A stretch of 64,000 nucleotides of DNA from Methanobacteriota archaeon. Its GTDB lineage: Archaea; Thermoplasmatota; Thermoplasmata; Methanomassiliicoccales; UBA472. The position numbers and the translations under genes were made by a program. Where the stretch lies: positions 3,759-67,758 of the forward strand of contig JAJFUT010000109.1 in NCBI GenBank assembly GCA_021372315.1, read 5' to 3'. Positions within the stretch are counted from its first letter, which is position 1, and each line of letters starts with the position of its first letter. This document shows, one piece after another, positions 27,723-37,257 of this stretch. The notes under the pieces were generated by a model. The model saw nothing but the letters and a program-made list of their open reading frames with translations, was not told the origin of the DNA and ran no database searches.

Positions 27723-28826
27723 ATGCCCGAATATATCGATGCCAAGAATCTGAGGGAGGTCCGCAAGGAGCTCATGACCTGCACGTACTGCGGGTTCTGC
27801 AAGAGCGTATGCCCCGCCTTCGAGGGCGTCGGATGGGACAGAAGCGTCGCCAGGGGAAGGATGGTCCTCTCATACGGGCTTTTGCAGAAGGACATCCCGG
27901 CGGACGATTCCGTCGTGGAGGCGTTGTACCAGTGCACGACCTGCAAGGACTGCGAGAGGAGATGCCCCTCGAAGGTCAAGGTCGTCGACGTCGTCGAGAG
28001 GGCAAGGAAGGACCTCGTGTCGGCTGGCAAGATCCTGCCGAGGCACAAAGGGGTCGTCGATAACGTCCTGAGCTCTGGCAATCCTTACGGCGAGAAGAGG
28101 AATGTGAGGGACGCCCTTGGCCAGAATGACAGGAAGGCCGAGATCGGCTATTTCGCCGGATGCACCGCGGCGTACCGCAATCCCAAGATCGCCAAGGCGA
28201 CGATCTCCATATTGGACAAGCTGGGCGTTGATTTCGCCGTCGTTGACGAGATGTGCTGCGGGTCGGTCCTCCAGAGGATTGGATGGAACGAAGAGGACGT
28301 CACGAAGATCATGCAGACGAACATCGACGCGATGAAGGAGCGCGGCGTCAAGGAGGTGCTGTTCTCCTGCGCTGGATGCTACAGGATGTTCAAGGAGGAA
28401 TATCCCCGCCACGTCGATGTGCCGTTCAAGGTCAGGCACATCTCGGAGTTCCTGGCTGAGAGGGACCTGCCCCTGAAGGAGGGCAAGGGGGTCATCACAT
28501 ATCACGATCCATGCCACCTCGGCAGGCACTCGCACGTCTACGAGGCCCCGAGGAAGGTCATATCGAAGGTGCCCGGCGCAACTTTCAAGGAGATGCCTAG
28601 GTCGGGCGAGACCTCCAGATGCTGCGGCGGAGGGGGCGGCGTGAGGTCCGCGTATCCGGAGCTGTCATCGAACATAGCGGCCAAGAGGGTCGACGAGGCC
28701 GCGTTCGCCGACACGCTCGTCACTGCCTGCCCGTTCTGCGTCAACAATCTGAACATGGGGAAGGAAGGGTCGTCCTCGAAAGTGAGGATCGTCGACCTTG
28801 TGGAGCTGATCGATGAGTTACTGTGA
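27723..28826 (+). CDS. HdrD/GlcF-like Fe-S oxidoreductase (2x[4Fe-4S] + two CCG domains)
   Basis: 367 aa. CTYCGFCKSVCP and CTTCKDCERRCP, then the cysteine-rich CCG-type regions EMCCGS and SRCCGGGGG...ACPFC. Its ATG directly follows the larA-like stop. Confidence 0.8.
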   Translation: MPEYIDAKNLREVRKELMTCTYCGFCKSVCPAFEGVGWDRSVARGRMVLSYGLLQKDIPADDSVVEALYQCTTCKDCERRCPSKVKVVDVVERARKDLVSAGKILPRHKGVVDNVLSSGNPYGEKRNVRDALGQNDRKAEIGYFAGCTAAYRNPKIAKATISILDKLGVDFAVVDEMCCGSVLQRIGWNEEDVTKIMQTNIDAMKERGVKEVLFSCAGCYRMFKEEYPRHVDVPFKVRHISEFLAERDLPLKEGKGVITYHDPCHLGRHSHVYEAPRKVISKVPGATFKEMPRSGETSRCCGGGGGVRSAYPELSSNIAAKRVDEAAFADTLVTACPFCVNNLNMGKEGSSSKVRIVDLVELIDELL

Positions 28827-28835
28827 GGTGTTCTG

Positions 28836-30005
28836 ATGGCAAGGGTGAGGCGCTACCATTCATGGGACGATGCTTTGGCCGAGTGGAGGAGATACGGACT
28901 TCCGGAGACGTTCATCGACAGGAAGAGGATGGCAGGGACCGTCACCGTCATTGAGGACGACATCTCCCAGGACGAGGCGGCCGGGCTCGTGTCCTCGATC
29001 AATGCGAAGGGCGGGGAAGCATACCTTTGCAGGAAGTCCAAGAGGCCGAAGGTGCTGATCAACGCCCAGCCTCATTTCTACGAAAGGCTGTCGATGATGG
29101 GCGACCAGAACGAGTTCACCATCAGGATCGTCGAGGCGATCGGGAACTACAACTCCGAGCACACGCCGTCACTGCCGCTCGGGCAGGGCGAGCTGAGGTT
29201 CGACAGACCGCTCGTCATGGGCATACTCAACGTCACCCCGGACTCTTTCTCTGACGGAGGGGAGGATCTCGACGCGGACAAGGCGGTCGAAAGGTTCCGA
29301 GAGATGGTCGCCGAAGGCGCCGACATCATAGACATCGGGGCCGAATCGACAAGGCCAGGCTCTCATCCGGTGACCGAGGAAGAGGAGCTGTCGAGGCTCA
29401 GGCCGGTGCTCCAGAAGGTGGCGTCGTCGAAGATACCGATCTCGATAGACACGAGGCACGCGTCGGTCGCCGAATCCGCCCTGCACATGGGCGGCTCGAT
29501 CATCAACGACGTCTCGGGGCTGAGGGACGATGCGATGATAGAGGTCATCGCACGGCATCAATGCCCTGTCGTCGCCATGCACATGAAGGGTGAGCCGAGG
29601 ACGATGCAGGAAGACCTTCATTACGATGATCTGATCGGCGATATCTACTCAGATCTCTCGATCATGCTGGCCCGGGCGGAGTCGAAGGGGATACGAAAGG
29701 AGATGGTCGTCCTGGACCCGGGCATAGGCTTCGGAAAGGGGACGGAGCAGAACCTGGAGATCATTCGGCGATTCAGGGAGTTCAGGGGGCTCGGGAGGCC
29801 GTTGCTCCTAGGGACCTCTAGAAAGGCATTCATCGGGGCCATCGCAGGAGGTGGTCCGAAAGAGAGGACGTCCGGGTCGATCGCCTCTGCCGTCGTAGGG
29901 GTCATGAACGGTGCGAACATCGTCAGGGTGCACGACGTGGCCGAGACAGTGAGGGCGCTGAAGGTGGCCGAAGCGATAATGACGCCCAATCTGCGGCCGT
30001 ACTAA
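28836..30005 (+). CDS. folP: dihydropteroate synthase with a ~120-aa N-terminal extension
   Basis: LVMGILNVTPDSFSDGG starts at residue ~125. Also IIDIGAESTRPG, DTRHA, INDVSG, LLGTSRKAFIG. Residues 1-120 have no recognisable motif. Confidence 0.85.
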   Translation: MARVRRYHSWDDALAEWRRYGLPETFIDRKRMAGTVTVIEDDISQDEAAGLVSSINAKGGEAYLCRKSKRPKVLINAQPHFYERLSMMGDQNEFTIRIVEAIGNYNSEHTPSLPLGQGELRFDRPLVMGILNVTPDSFSDGGEDLDADKAVERFREMVAEGADIIDIGAESTRPGSHPVTEEEELSRLRPVLQKVASSKIPISIDTRHASVAESALHMGGSIINDVSGLRDDAMIEVIARHQCPVVAMHMKGEPRTMQEDLHYDDLIGDIYSDLSIMLARAESKGIRKEMVVLDPGIGFGKGTEQNLEIIRRFREFRGLGRPLLLGTSRKAFIGAIAGGGPKERTSGSIASAVVGVMNGANIVRVHDVAETVRALKVAEAIMTPNLRPY

Positions 30006-30202
30006 CCTAAGAAGTAATATCCTGCGGCGATGGCGGCGAACAGGCCGAGAACGACCACCATGAACAATGTGTTCTTGTTGCGTTCCTTCCTCAGCTCCTT
30101 CTCGTGCTCCAACCTGCACTTGTCAGAGCAGAACCTCTCACCGACCTCGATCGGATCGTCACACACGGCGCAATGATCGTGCAGGGGTAGGACCTCGGCC
30201 AT
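30002..30202 (-). CDS. small Zn-ribbon + C-terminal TM protein (DUF2116-like)
   Basis: 66 aa. HCAVCDDPI...FCSDKC, then a hydrophobic tail. Confidence 0.55.
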   Translation of the reverse strand: MAEVLPLHDHCAVCDDPIEVGERFCSDKCRLEHEKELRKERNKNTLFMVVVLGLFAAIAAGYYFLG

Positions 30203-30208
30203 GCCCGT

Positions 30209-30799
30209 TCACTTCCTTCCTGGTACTAGGACCGAGCTTATCGCGATCGCCATGGCGATCTTGATCCCGTCGACCGCGGCGAACGGCACCGCGCCGATGA
30301 CGAAAGCGCTCATGAGGTCCATGTCGAGGACGGTCGCCATCTGGACGACCCCGCAGGCGTATATCACGCCGACGGCGGCGACCATCGCCATCGAGAGCGA
30401 TCCGACGCTCCAGGACCTCTTCCTCTCGACGATCTCGCCGAGGATGACGGACGCGAGCACGAATCCGATCAGATAGCCTCCGGTGACGCCCATGAAGGCG
30501 GCGGAACCGACAAGTCCGCTGAACCACCCGAAGGACGCGCCCATTCCCAGGTACATGCACTGGCTCAAAGCACCGAACCTGCCGAGGCAGACCGCCCCGA
30601 CCAGGACGACAAGGACCTGGCCCGTGAAAGGGACCGGGGTGAACGGGAGAACGAACCGCATCTGCGCCGCGAGAGCCATCAGTACGGCGAAGAACACCGA
30701 TGCCATGACCTTCTCGGCCAGGTTCGCTTCGTTCCTCCACCTGAACAGACCTCCAGACGCACTGTCGCGGATGCGCTCGTAGCCGTATGCTATGTTCAT
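30209..30799 (-). CDS. bioY: biotin transporter S-component
   Basis: FVLPFTPVPFTGQVLVVLLVGA..., GVTGGYLIGF. The internal ATG (MNIAYGY...) gives a typical ~196-aa length. The full ORF runs to 30892. Confidence 0.8.
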   Translation of the reverse strand: MNIAYGYERIRDSASGGLFRWRNEANLAEKVMASVFFAVLMALAAQMRFVLPFTPVPFTGQVLVVLVGAVCLGRFGALSQCMYLGMGASFGWFSGLVGSAAFMGVTGGYLIGFVLASVILGEIVERKRSWSVGSLSMAMVAAVGVIYACGVVQMATVLDMDLMSAFVIGAVPFAAVDGIKIAMAIAISSVLVPGRK

Positions 30800-30924
30800 C
30801 GAGGTCAGTGAACTGTGCTTGGCTTGATATAATTTATCACGGAGGCTCCTTCGAAGCGGAAGGGGCGCCTTAGCAGCCCCATCGGAGCGCAACCCTTATT
30901 TTTCACCTCCGCCATGCGCAGCCT

Positions 30925-31293
30925 ATGTTGGACTGGAAGGTACTAGGGAAACAGACATTGCCCGTCGGCATCCAGGTGAACTGGGAATCGAGGATAGAGG
31001 AGTTGGCGGGAAAGAAGGAGGACGGCAAGAGGTTCCTCGCGATGTTCCACGAGGCCGAAATAACCTACAAGTTCGACACGATCCGCGAGCTGCACATCTT
31101 CATGGTGGAGATGCCCCCCAAGACGAGCATGAAGGACCTGGAGTACATGAAGGAGTACATACAATCGCTCAGGAGGTCCGCCAGGTCCCCGATGGTCTCC
31201 CTCGAGGGGAAAGAGCAGAAGAGCACCGTGGTCATCTCCGCGAACGAGGACGTCAACGAGTACGCCCTCCGCCATCAGGAAAAGGGCGAGTAA
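30925..31293 (+). CDS. hypothetical protein
   Basis: 122-aa ORF with a coding-like composition. No motif recognised. Confidence 0.45.
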   Translation: MLDWKVLGKQTLPVGIQVNWESRIEELAGKKEDGKRFLAMFHEAEITYKFDTIRELHIFMVEMPPKTSMKDLEYMKEYIQSLRRSARSPMVSLEGKEQKSTVVISANEDVNEYALRHQEKGE

Positions 31294-31312
31294 ATATTTT
31301 GGATGGGGGGTC

Positions 31313-32428
31313 TCAAGCCGAGACCGTCCCGATGATCCTTTCCAGCTTTTCGACCTTCTCGCTGGCGTCGCCGGACTGTTGCTGCGCGACCCAGCCAGTC
31401 AGCTTCTTCAGGGCCTTGCCCGAGTCTATCAGGTCACAGGCCTTGTGATATCCCTCCTCCAGGCTGGACGCGTGCCCCGTGATGTACATGATCGGAGCGG
31501 CGTTGAAGCATACGATGTCCCTTCTCGAGCCATGGTCCTCGCCCGATAGCACGCGCACCTGCTCGATCGCCTCCGCTTCCCTGTTCAGCTTGCACATGAT
31601 GACCTTCTCGTCGGCCTGATCTATGCCCAGTCCCTCGTACGAGATAGCGAACGTCTCGATATTTCCGTCCTCGGTCAGCTCGGCGACGTGCGTGGGGCCG
31701 AGCGTTGATAGCTCGTCAAGACCTCTCCTCTCCTGAGCGTCCATGCCATGCACTACGTAGGCTCTTCTGTAGCCGATCTCCTTCATCGTCTGGGCGACCG
31801 GCATGAGCATCTCTAGTGAATAGACGCCCCTGACGCCGTAGGTCGGCAGCGCCGGGTTCGCCAGCGAGCCGGCCATGTTGAGCACGGTGCCGAACCTGAT
31901 CTGCGACAGTATCCGCCCCAGCGCCTGAGGGTGGACCTTCCCGCTCGTTCCGTTGAACATGCCGATGCCGGCGTTCTCGATGCTCCTCTTCACGACGGAG
32001 ACATCGCACTCGACGTCCACCCCGAGAGCCTCGACCACGTCGACGGTCCCGCACTTGGACGTGATGGCCCTGGCGCCATGCTTCGCCATGAAGATCCCGT
32101 CGGCCGCTGCGACGATGGACGCGGCCGTCGATATGTTGAACGTCTTGATGGTGTCCATCCCCGTCCCGCAGTTGTCCACGAGAGGGCCGGACACCTCCGG
32201 CCTGACCTTGACCGTATCTATATCGTATATGGCCTCCCAGCTTCCCGCGAGCTCCTCGGGCGTTGCTCCCTTCGCGGTCATTGCCGCGAGGAACGCTCCC
32301 TGCTGCAGGTCCGGCTGTTTGTTCAGCAGCACCTCTAGGAACAGGTCCTTCGCCTCAGCCCTCGTCAGGTCATGCCCTTTGATCAGCGCATCGACCTTGC
32401 TTCCGAAATATTTCAGATTCTCCTCCAT
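31313..32428 (-). CDS. TrpD-family (glycosyltransferase family 3) phosphoribosyltransferase-like protein
   Basis: 371 aa. QQGAFLAAMTAKGATPEEL, DNCGTGMDTIKTFNISTAAS, AKHGARAITSKCGTVDVVEALG. No other trp genes are nearby, so the substrate is uncertain. Confidence 0.75.
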   Translation of the reverse strand: MEENLKYFGSKVDALIKGHDLTRAEAKDLFLEVLLNKQPDLQQGAFLAAMTAKGATPEELAGSWEAIYDIDTVKVRPEVSGPLVDNCGTGMDTIKTFNISTAASIVAAADGIFMAKHGARAITSKCGTVDVVEALGVDVECDVSVVKRSIENAGIGMFNGTSGKVHPQALGRILSQIRFGTVLNMAGSLANPALPTYGVRGVYSLEMLMPVAQTMKEIGYRRAYVVHGMDAQERRGLDELSTLGPTHVAELTEDGNIETFAISYEGLGIDQADEKVIMCKLNREAEAIEQVRVLSGEDHGSRRDIVCFNAAPIMYITGHASSLEEGYHKACDLIDSGKALKKLTGWVAQQQSGDASEKVEKLERIIGTVSA

Positions 32429-32437
32429 GATGACACC

Positions 32438-33472
32438 TCAGAACTTCGTCACGACCGTCTTCATCCCGACCCTCGATCCAGCCTTCTCGAAGGCTTGCGG
32501 GAGACCTTCGAGTGACACCTTGTCCGTCACTAGCCAATCGACATCGACAGTGCCTTTCAGGATCATCTCGACCGCGAGCCGGTCCTGGCGGCTGGAATTG
32601 CCGTAGGCTCCGACAAGGCATATCTCCTTGTAATGCAGCCCCCTGATGTCCAACGGCACCTCATAGTTGTCCTTCTTCGGTCCGCTAAAGACCGATATCC
32701 GCCCCTGCGGGGCCATAAGCCTCAATATCCAGTTGTCGACCCTGACCTCCGGTGTGCTCATCAGGACGACGTCAGCTCCGTTCCCGCCGGTCTCGCTGGA
32801 GACGACCGCTTGGACGTCCTCCACGGACGGGTCTATCATCCGGTCGACCAGACCTTTAGGGATGATCTCCCTGCGGTTCCGAAGGTGCTCCGTCATGATC
32901 ACCTTGGCGGCCCCGTTCGCCCTGGCCAATATCGCATGCAGACAACCGATCGGCCCCCCGCCGAATATCAGAACGTCGTCTCCGGCGCCGACCCTTGCCA
33001 GTTCCTGCCCGTTGATGCAGCAGGCGAGAGGTTCGGACAGCGATATCGAAATGGGGTCGGCATCCTCCGGCAGCTTAACGATACCATTGGAACGGACCGA
33101 CTCCTCCGGGATGGCGATCCTCTGCGCGAATCCGCCATCGCGGTTGAATCCGAAAATGCCCTGCGTGGCGCACTGGTTGTCTATTCCTTTCAGACATGGG
33201 CGGCATCTACCACAGGGGATGCCGGGCCATATCTGTACGAGATCGCCCTCTTGTATCTGCGAGGAATTGGATGCGACGACCCTGCCGACCATCTCATGCC
33301 CGAGGATGCGCGGATAGACCAGGTCCTTGTGCCCGTTCTGCAGCATCTTCACATCGGTTCCGCAGACGGCGCAAGCGACGAGGTCGACCACCAGCCCTCC
33401 GACGGACAATACCGGGTCTGCGACCTCCTCAACGGAGAGATGCCCTGGACCGTGCATCACCGCTGCTCTCAT
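32438..33472 (-). CDS. zinc-dependent medium-chain alcohol/polyol dehydrogenase
   Basis: Internal ATG MRAAVMHGPG.... CAVCGTD, GHEMVG, a structural-Zn lobe CGRCRPC, and GGGPIG Rossmann. Confidence 0.85.
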   Translation of the reverse strand: MRAAVMHGPGHLSVEEVADPVLSVGGLVVDLVACAVCGTDVKMLQNGHKDLVYPRILGHEMVGRVVASNSSQIQEGDLVQIWPGIPCGRCRPCLKGIDNQCATQGIFGFNRDGGFAQRIAIPEESVRSNGIVKLPEDADPISISLSEPLACCINGQELARVGAGDDVLIFGGGPIGCLHAILARANGAAKVIMTEHLRNRREIIPKGLVDRMIDPSVEDVQAVVSSETGGNGADVVLMSTPEVRVDNWILRLMAPQGRISVFSGPKKDNYEVPLDIRGLHYKEICLVGAYGNSSRQDRLAVEMILKGTVDVDWLVTDKVSLEGLPQAFEKAGSRVGMKTVVTKF

Positions 33473-33564
33473 ATTGAGTTGGATATAACATCCAATTATA
33501 TAAATTGGATGATACATCCAATTAAAAAGGGGTCATCTGGACGATCGGGCCACTTCGTCCATTC

Positions 33565-34233
33565 TCATCTCAGGAACGGCCTGTCCATGAGGTTCGCCCG
33601 AGTGCCCTTCTCCTTGGCGCGCTTCTTCCAGGTCTTGTTGGTCCGGGATACATAGGACAGATCTCGCATCGGAAGGCGGGACATCAGGGCGTCGGCCTCC
33701 TCCGGGATCGTTTGGCCATCCGCAAGGGCCGCAGCAACGATGTCCAGGGCCATCGCGGCCCATCTCCCCCTCCCACCGGCCGAACTCAGGGATGCGCCGT
33801 CGATCGCGCAGCTCATCGGCATCCTCAATCCCCCGGCCCATCTCATGCGGTTTCCATCGGAGAAGTTGCGCATTATCATGATCGAGACGTCGAGCTTCCT
33901 TGGATCGGGGTCCTCGCAATTGCCAATGGCCAAAAACGTCTTCCCTTCCAGTTCGGCAAGACCGTCGTCCCTTACCATCTCCATCCATCTGATGACGTTC
34001 GAGGGCGGCGAATCGATGTACACAGGGTACGATAGCACGACGATGTCCGATGAAGAGACGTCATTCAACATTTCATCATAGGACGCCTTGGCGATCAGAG
34101 AACGCGATATGATGTGCGACCTCGTCTCGATCCCCTTAGCAGCCAGCAATGACATGAGATGCTCACCGAGCGCCCCCGACGTCGTCGCGCCATCTCTCGG
34201 GCTGCCGATGAGAAGGACGGCCTTCTTCATCAT
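33565..34233 (-). CDS. flavodoxin-like fold NAD(P)H-dependent oxidoreductase
   Basis: 222 aa. MMKKAVLLIGSPRDGATTS and a VVLSYPVY pattern. Confidence 0.65.
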   Translation of the reverse strand: MMKKAVLLIGSPRDGATTSGALGEHLMSLLAAKGIETRSHIISRSLIAKASYDEMLNDVSSSDIVVLSYPVYIDSPPSNVIRWMEMVRDDGLAELEGKTFLAIGNCEDPDPRKLDVSIMIMRNFSDGNRMRWAGGLRMPMSCAIDGASLSSAGGRGRWAAMALDIVAAALADGQTIPEEADALMSRLPMRDLSYVSRTNKTWKKRAKEKGTRANLMDRPFLR

Positions 34234-34814
34234 GCCCTCACCTTCATCGCCATCACAGCAGAGTCGATCATAGGTCTAAGGTCATCCGCTCTCTGCCCAG
34301 ACCAGATGATCATCGATTTCGAGTTGTAGCTGTTGATCGTCCCCCCGATCTGTTTCGCTAACATCTTGAACGTTTCGGATTCGGAGTGATTGAGCTCATC
34401 GCATACAGCAATGCTCAGGATGCTGGGGTTCCTCTCATACCTCGGTCCATGGCATACGGAGTCCTTTTTGATGCTCATATACGGGACCGATGATCCGATC
34501 CGCTTGTCCAGCAGGTCCTTGATGCGTGAGGAATAACATCCGTAGGTCATCCGGGTCAGAAGAACGACCATGTCGGCGTACATCCAGGAGCGGTTCAGCT
34601 CGTTCGAATCATCGCCTTCCACGCACAGACCCGGCGTCTCGACCCAGCAGCTTCCGCACCTCTTGCACGGGACGATCCTCCTCTCATCCAGGTGAACGGT
34701 CTCATGCGGAACGTTCCTTACAGTAAGAACGTCTTCGAGCATGTGGCATATCGCTTTGACGCTCTCGTCCGAGCTTGAAGACCCATCTACGACCAATACT
34801 CTCATGGCGAACAT
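34230..34814 (-). CDS. flavodoxin-like / iron-sulfur flavoprotein-like protein
   Basis: 194 aa. RVLVVDGSSSSD, CKRCGSCWVETPGLCV. 4-nt overlap with the downstream paralogue-like gene. Confidence 0.65.
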   Translation of the reverse strand: MFAMRVLVVDGSSSSDESVKAICHMLEDVLTVRNVPHETVHLDERRIVPCKRCGSCWVETPGLCVEGDDSNELNRSWMYADMVVLLTRMTYGCYSSRIKDLLDKRIGSSVPYMSIKKDSVCHGPRYERNPSILSIAVCDELNHSESETFKMLAKQIGGTINSYNSKSMIIWSGQRADDLRPMIDSAVMAMKVRA

Positions 34815-34920
34815 CCCTTAATGGCATGGACCCGCAGATAATCGTTCGCACGAAAGCGTTTCGCTTCAGCGACCGATGATGGCAAAGATTGATAATCCAC
34901 GCTGGCGGTGATGATTTGCG

Positions 34921-36768
34921 TTGACGTATTGGAAAAAGGTCCCGATCCTTCTATTGGCCTTGCTGTTCGCCATCTCGTTCATGCCCTTCCAGCCGATGGC
35001 ATGCACGAGCGGCGCGGATGAAGCCGCACATCGAAACATCATGCAGATGGAAATCGGCACCCTCTCCGACGAATCGGCCGATGTCATATCCTTCGATGAC
35101 GTCGACCTCTCAGTGAGTTCGGTCAGCACCGGGATGGAGGGGAACGTTCTGAAGATGAGCTTCGAATATCTGTCCGAGGACGGTCTGAGCTCATACCCCT
35201 GCGGCTCGGCCCGAGTCGACCTATGGATATCGGGGGATAGCTCATTCTCGCTCCATTCCACCAGTTATGCGGACGGCAATGGCATCGTTGCCATCGACCT
35301 CGACAACGGGACGTACTTCGCGATCATATGGGCCAGCGATTGGGACAATGTACGGGTGTTCGACCCGATCAACTCGAGCATCTATCACTGGACGACCGAT
35401 TATTTCCATGTCGATGGGAACACCACGTTCGAGATGGAGATATCGAGCGATGACAGGGCGGCGTGGTCAGCCTATTCCGCGGTCCTCAAGGGTGCCGCTT
35501 GGCTTGAGAACATCACGAGATGGGAGAGGGACCTCGTGACCATCGAATGGCCATTGGGCGACTGGCCCCAATGTGACGGGGATTCGATCGAGGTCCCGGG
35601 ATCGAGCGACGGCGAGTCACCGATATGGAACGAGAAGATCATCCTGCACGAATACGCCCACGCGATACATTACGCGGCGAGAGGGAACGACTTCCCAAGC
35701 CTGGACGGTCCGGACATTCACTACGTGGACAGCGAATCCAGCGGCGGTTTCGCGCTAGTGGAGGGGTGGGCCGAGTTCTTTGCCGCCGCCGTGTCCGGCG
35801 ACCCGTATAGGAACGACGGCACGAGCTTTGAGAGCACCGTCTACGCCGATGGACCGCACGGGAACAGCAACTTCGGGGACTGGGACGGCAACATCGTGGA
35901 AGGCGCGGTCGCGAACGTCCTTTGGGACATCCTCGACGGGACATCGTCCTCTGACAGGCCTATCTGGAACTACGACAGTTCGGGAGATCAGGTCGACAAC
36001 GAGTTCGACGCGTTCTGGCAGATCTTCATCGATGACGATCCGCCCGAGGAGATGGTGGACGTATGGACCTCCTGGGAGAACAGGACGGAGGGCCTGATGT
36101 GGATATTCAGGAACGCCCGGTTCGATCTCGACCTCACGCCGCCGCTGAACCCGACCGACCACGGCTCGAGCCATGACCTGAACGAGATGTCGGACGACTC
36201 GACGATAGACATGATCCTTCACGGCGCCGTCGACGGAGGCGGTTCGATAGCTGGATTCTCGATACTGTGGGACAACAACACATCGTCCGTTCCGGACGAT
36301 TCGATAGACATGGACTCCAACGAATTTTCCAGCCCGCCGTTATCGGGAGGTACATGGTACCTGCACGTGAGGGCCGTCGACAGCTCCGGCAACGTCGCGA
36401 ACGAGACGTACCACGTAGGCCCCTTCCTTATATCCGAGGAAGCCGTCGATGTTGCAACGGACGAGGGAGGTCACATCATATTCTCATTGACGGACGTTGC
36501 AGTCCTGGCGGCGATAATCGCCATGGCCATCATCATGGTGTTCGCGGTCTCCAGGGTGGTCCGCAGACCGACGAATGAGGACATAAGCCTCACTGAGAGG
36601 GAGAAGTACCACCAGATACTCTACCAAGGCTGGGGCATCGTTCCTCCCCAGCCAGGCTATCAGCAGATGGCTCAGCATCCATTTCATGGCGATAACTTCT
36701 GCCCCCACTGCGGCAAGAAGGACCTTCACGGGGCATTTTGCGCCTTCTGTGGGAAAAGGCTCCGATGA
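34921..36768 (+). CDS. cell-surface zincin-like protein (HExxH) with signal peptide, C-terminal TM anchor and cytoplasmic Zn-ribbon
   Basis: 615 aa with a TTG start. Hydrophobic leader ...LLLALLFAISFMPFQPMAC, HEYAHAIHY + EGWAEFF, many NxS/T sequons, TM VAVLAAIIAMAIIMVFAV, tail CPHCGKK...CAFCGKRL. Confidence 0.65.
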   Translation: MTYWKKVPILLLALLFAISFMPFQPMACTSGADEAAHRNIMQMEIGTLSDESADVISFDDVDLSVSSVSTGMEGNVLKMSFEYLSEDGLSSYPCGSARVDLWISGDSSFSLHSTSYADGNGIVAIDLDNGTYFAIIWASDWDNVRVFDPINSSIYHWTTDYFHVDGNTTFEMEISSDDRAAWSAYSAVLKGAAWLENITRWERDLVTIEWPLGDWPQCDGDSIEVPGSSDGESPIWNEKIILHEYAHAIHYAARGNDFPSLDGPDIHYVDSESSGGFALVEGWAEFFAAAVSGDPYRNDGTSFESTVYADGPHGNSNFGDWDGNIVEGAVANVLWDILDGTSSSDRPIWNYDSSGDQVDNEFDAFWQIFIDDDPPEEMVDVWTSWENRTEGLMWIFRNARFDLDLTPPLNPTDHGSSHDLNEMSDDSTIDMILHGAVDGGGSIAGFSILWDNNTSSVPDDSIDMDSNEFSSPPLSGGTWYLHVRAVDSSGNVANETYHVGPFLISEEAVDVATDEGGHIIFSLTDVAVLAAIIAMAIIMVFAVSRVVRRPTNEDISLTEREKYHQILYQGWGIVPPQPGYQQMAQHPFHGDNFCPHCGKKDLHGAFCAFCGKRLR

Positions 36769-36801
36769 AAACCTTATCTCGCCGATGAAGGTTATCGAAC
36801 C

Positions 36802-37257
36802 ATGCGCCGCGTGGACAGGGAGATAACGGACAGGAACGTCATCGACGAGCTGATAGCAAAAGCGAGCATCTGCAGGATCGGCCTGGTCGACGGCGACGAG
36901 GCGTACATCGTCCCCATGAACTTCGGGTATGGGGACGGCTGTCTCTGGTTCCATTCTGCGCTGGAGGGAAGGAAGGTCGATCTGGTCAAAAAGAACGGAA
37001 AGGCGTCCTTCGAGATGGACATCGACGACGGTCTGGTCATGGACAAGGTCGCCGACAAGTGCACGAATCGCTATTCATGCGTGATGGGCACGGGACCTAT
37101 CTCCATCGCCGAGGGCGAGGAGAAGATGAAGGGGATCGAGCTCCTGATGGAGCACTACTCCTCCGAGCCGTTCAAGATGACCGACAAGTGCGCCCCCATG
37201 GTCCACATCTTCAAACTGGAGATAAGGTCGCTGAGCTGCAAGAGGAACGGGCGATGA
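36802..37257 (+). CDS. pyridoxamine 5'-phosphate oxidase-family (NimA-like) FMN-binding protein
   Basis: 151 aa. MRRVDREITD...ICRIGLVDGDEAYIVPMNFGY. Confidence 0.8.
   Translation: MRRVDREITDRNVIDELIAKASICRIGLVDGDEAYIVPMNFGYGDGCLWFHSALEGRKVDLVKKNGKASFEMDIDDGLVMDKVADKCTNRYSCVMGTGPISIAEGEEKMKGIELLMEHYSSEPFKMTDKCAPMVHIFKLEIRSLSCKRNGR

Noticed and set aside
32633-33655. 340-aa plus-strand ORF
   Set aside because: It is antisense to the Zn-dependent dehydrogenase gene.
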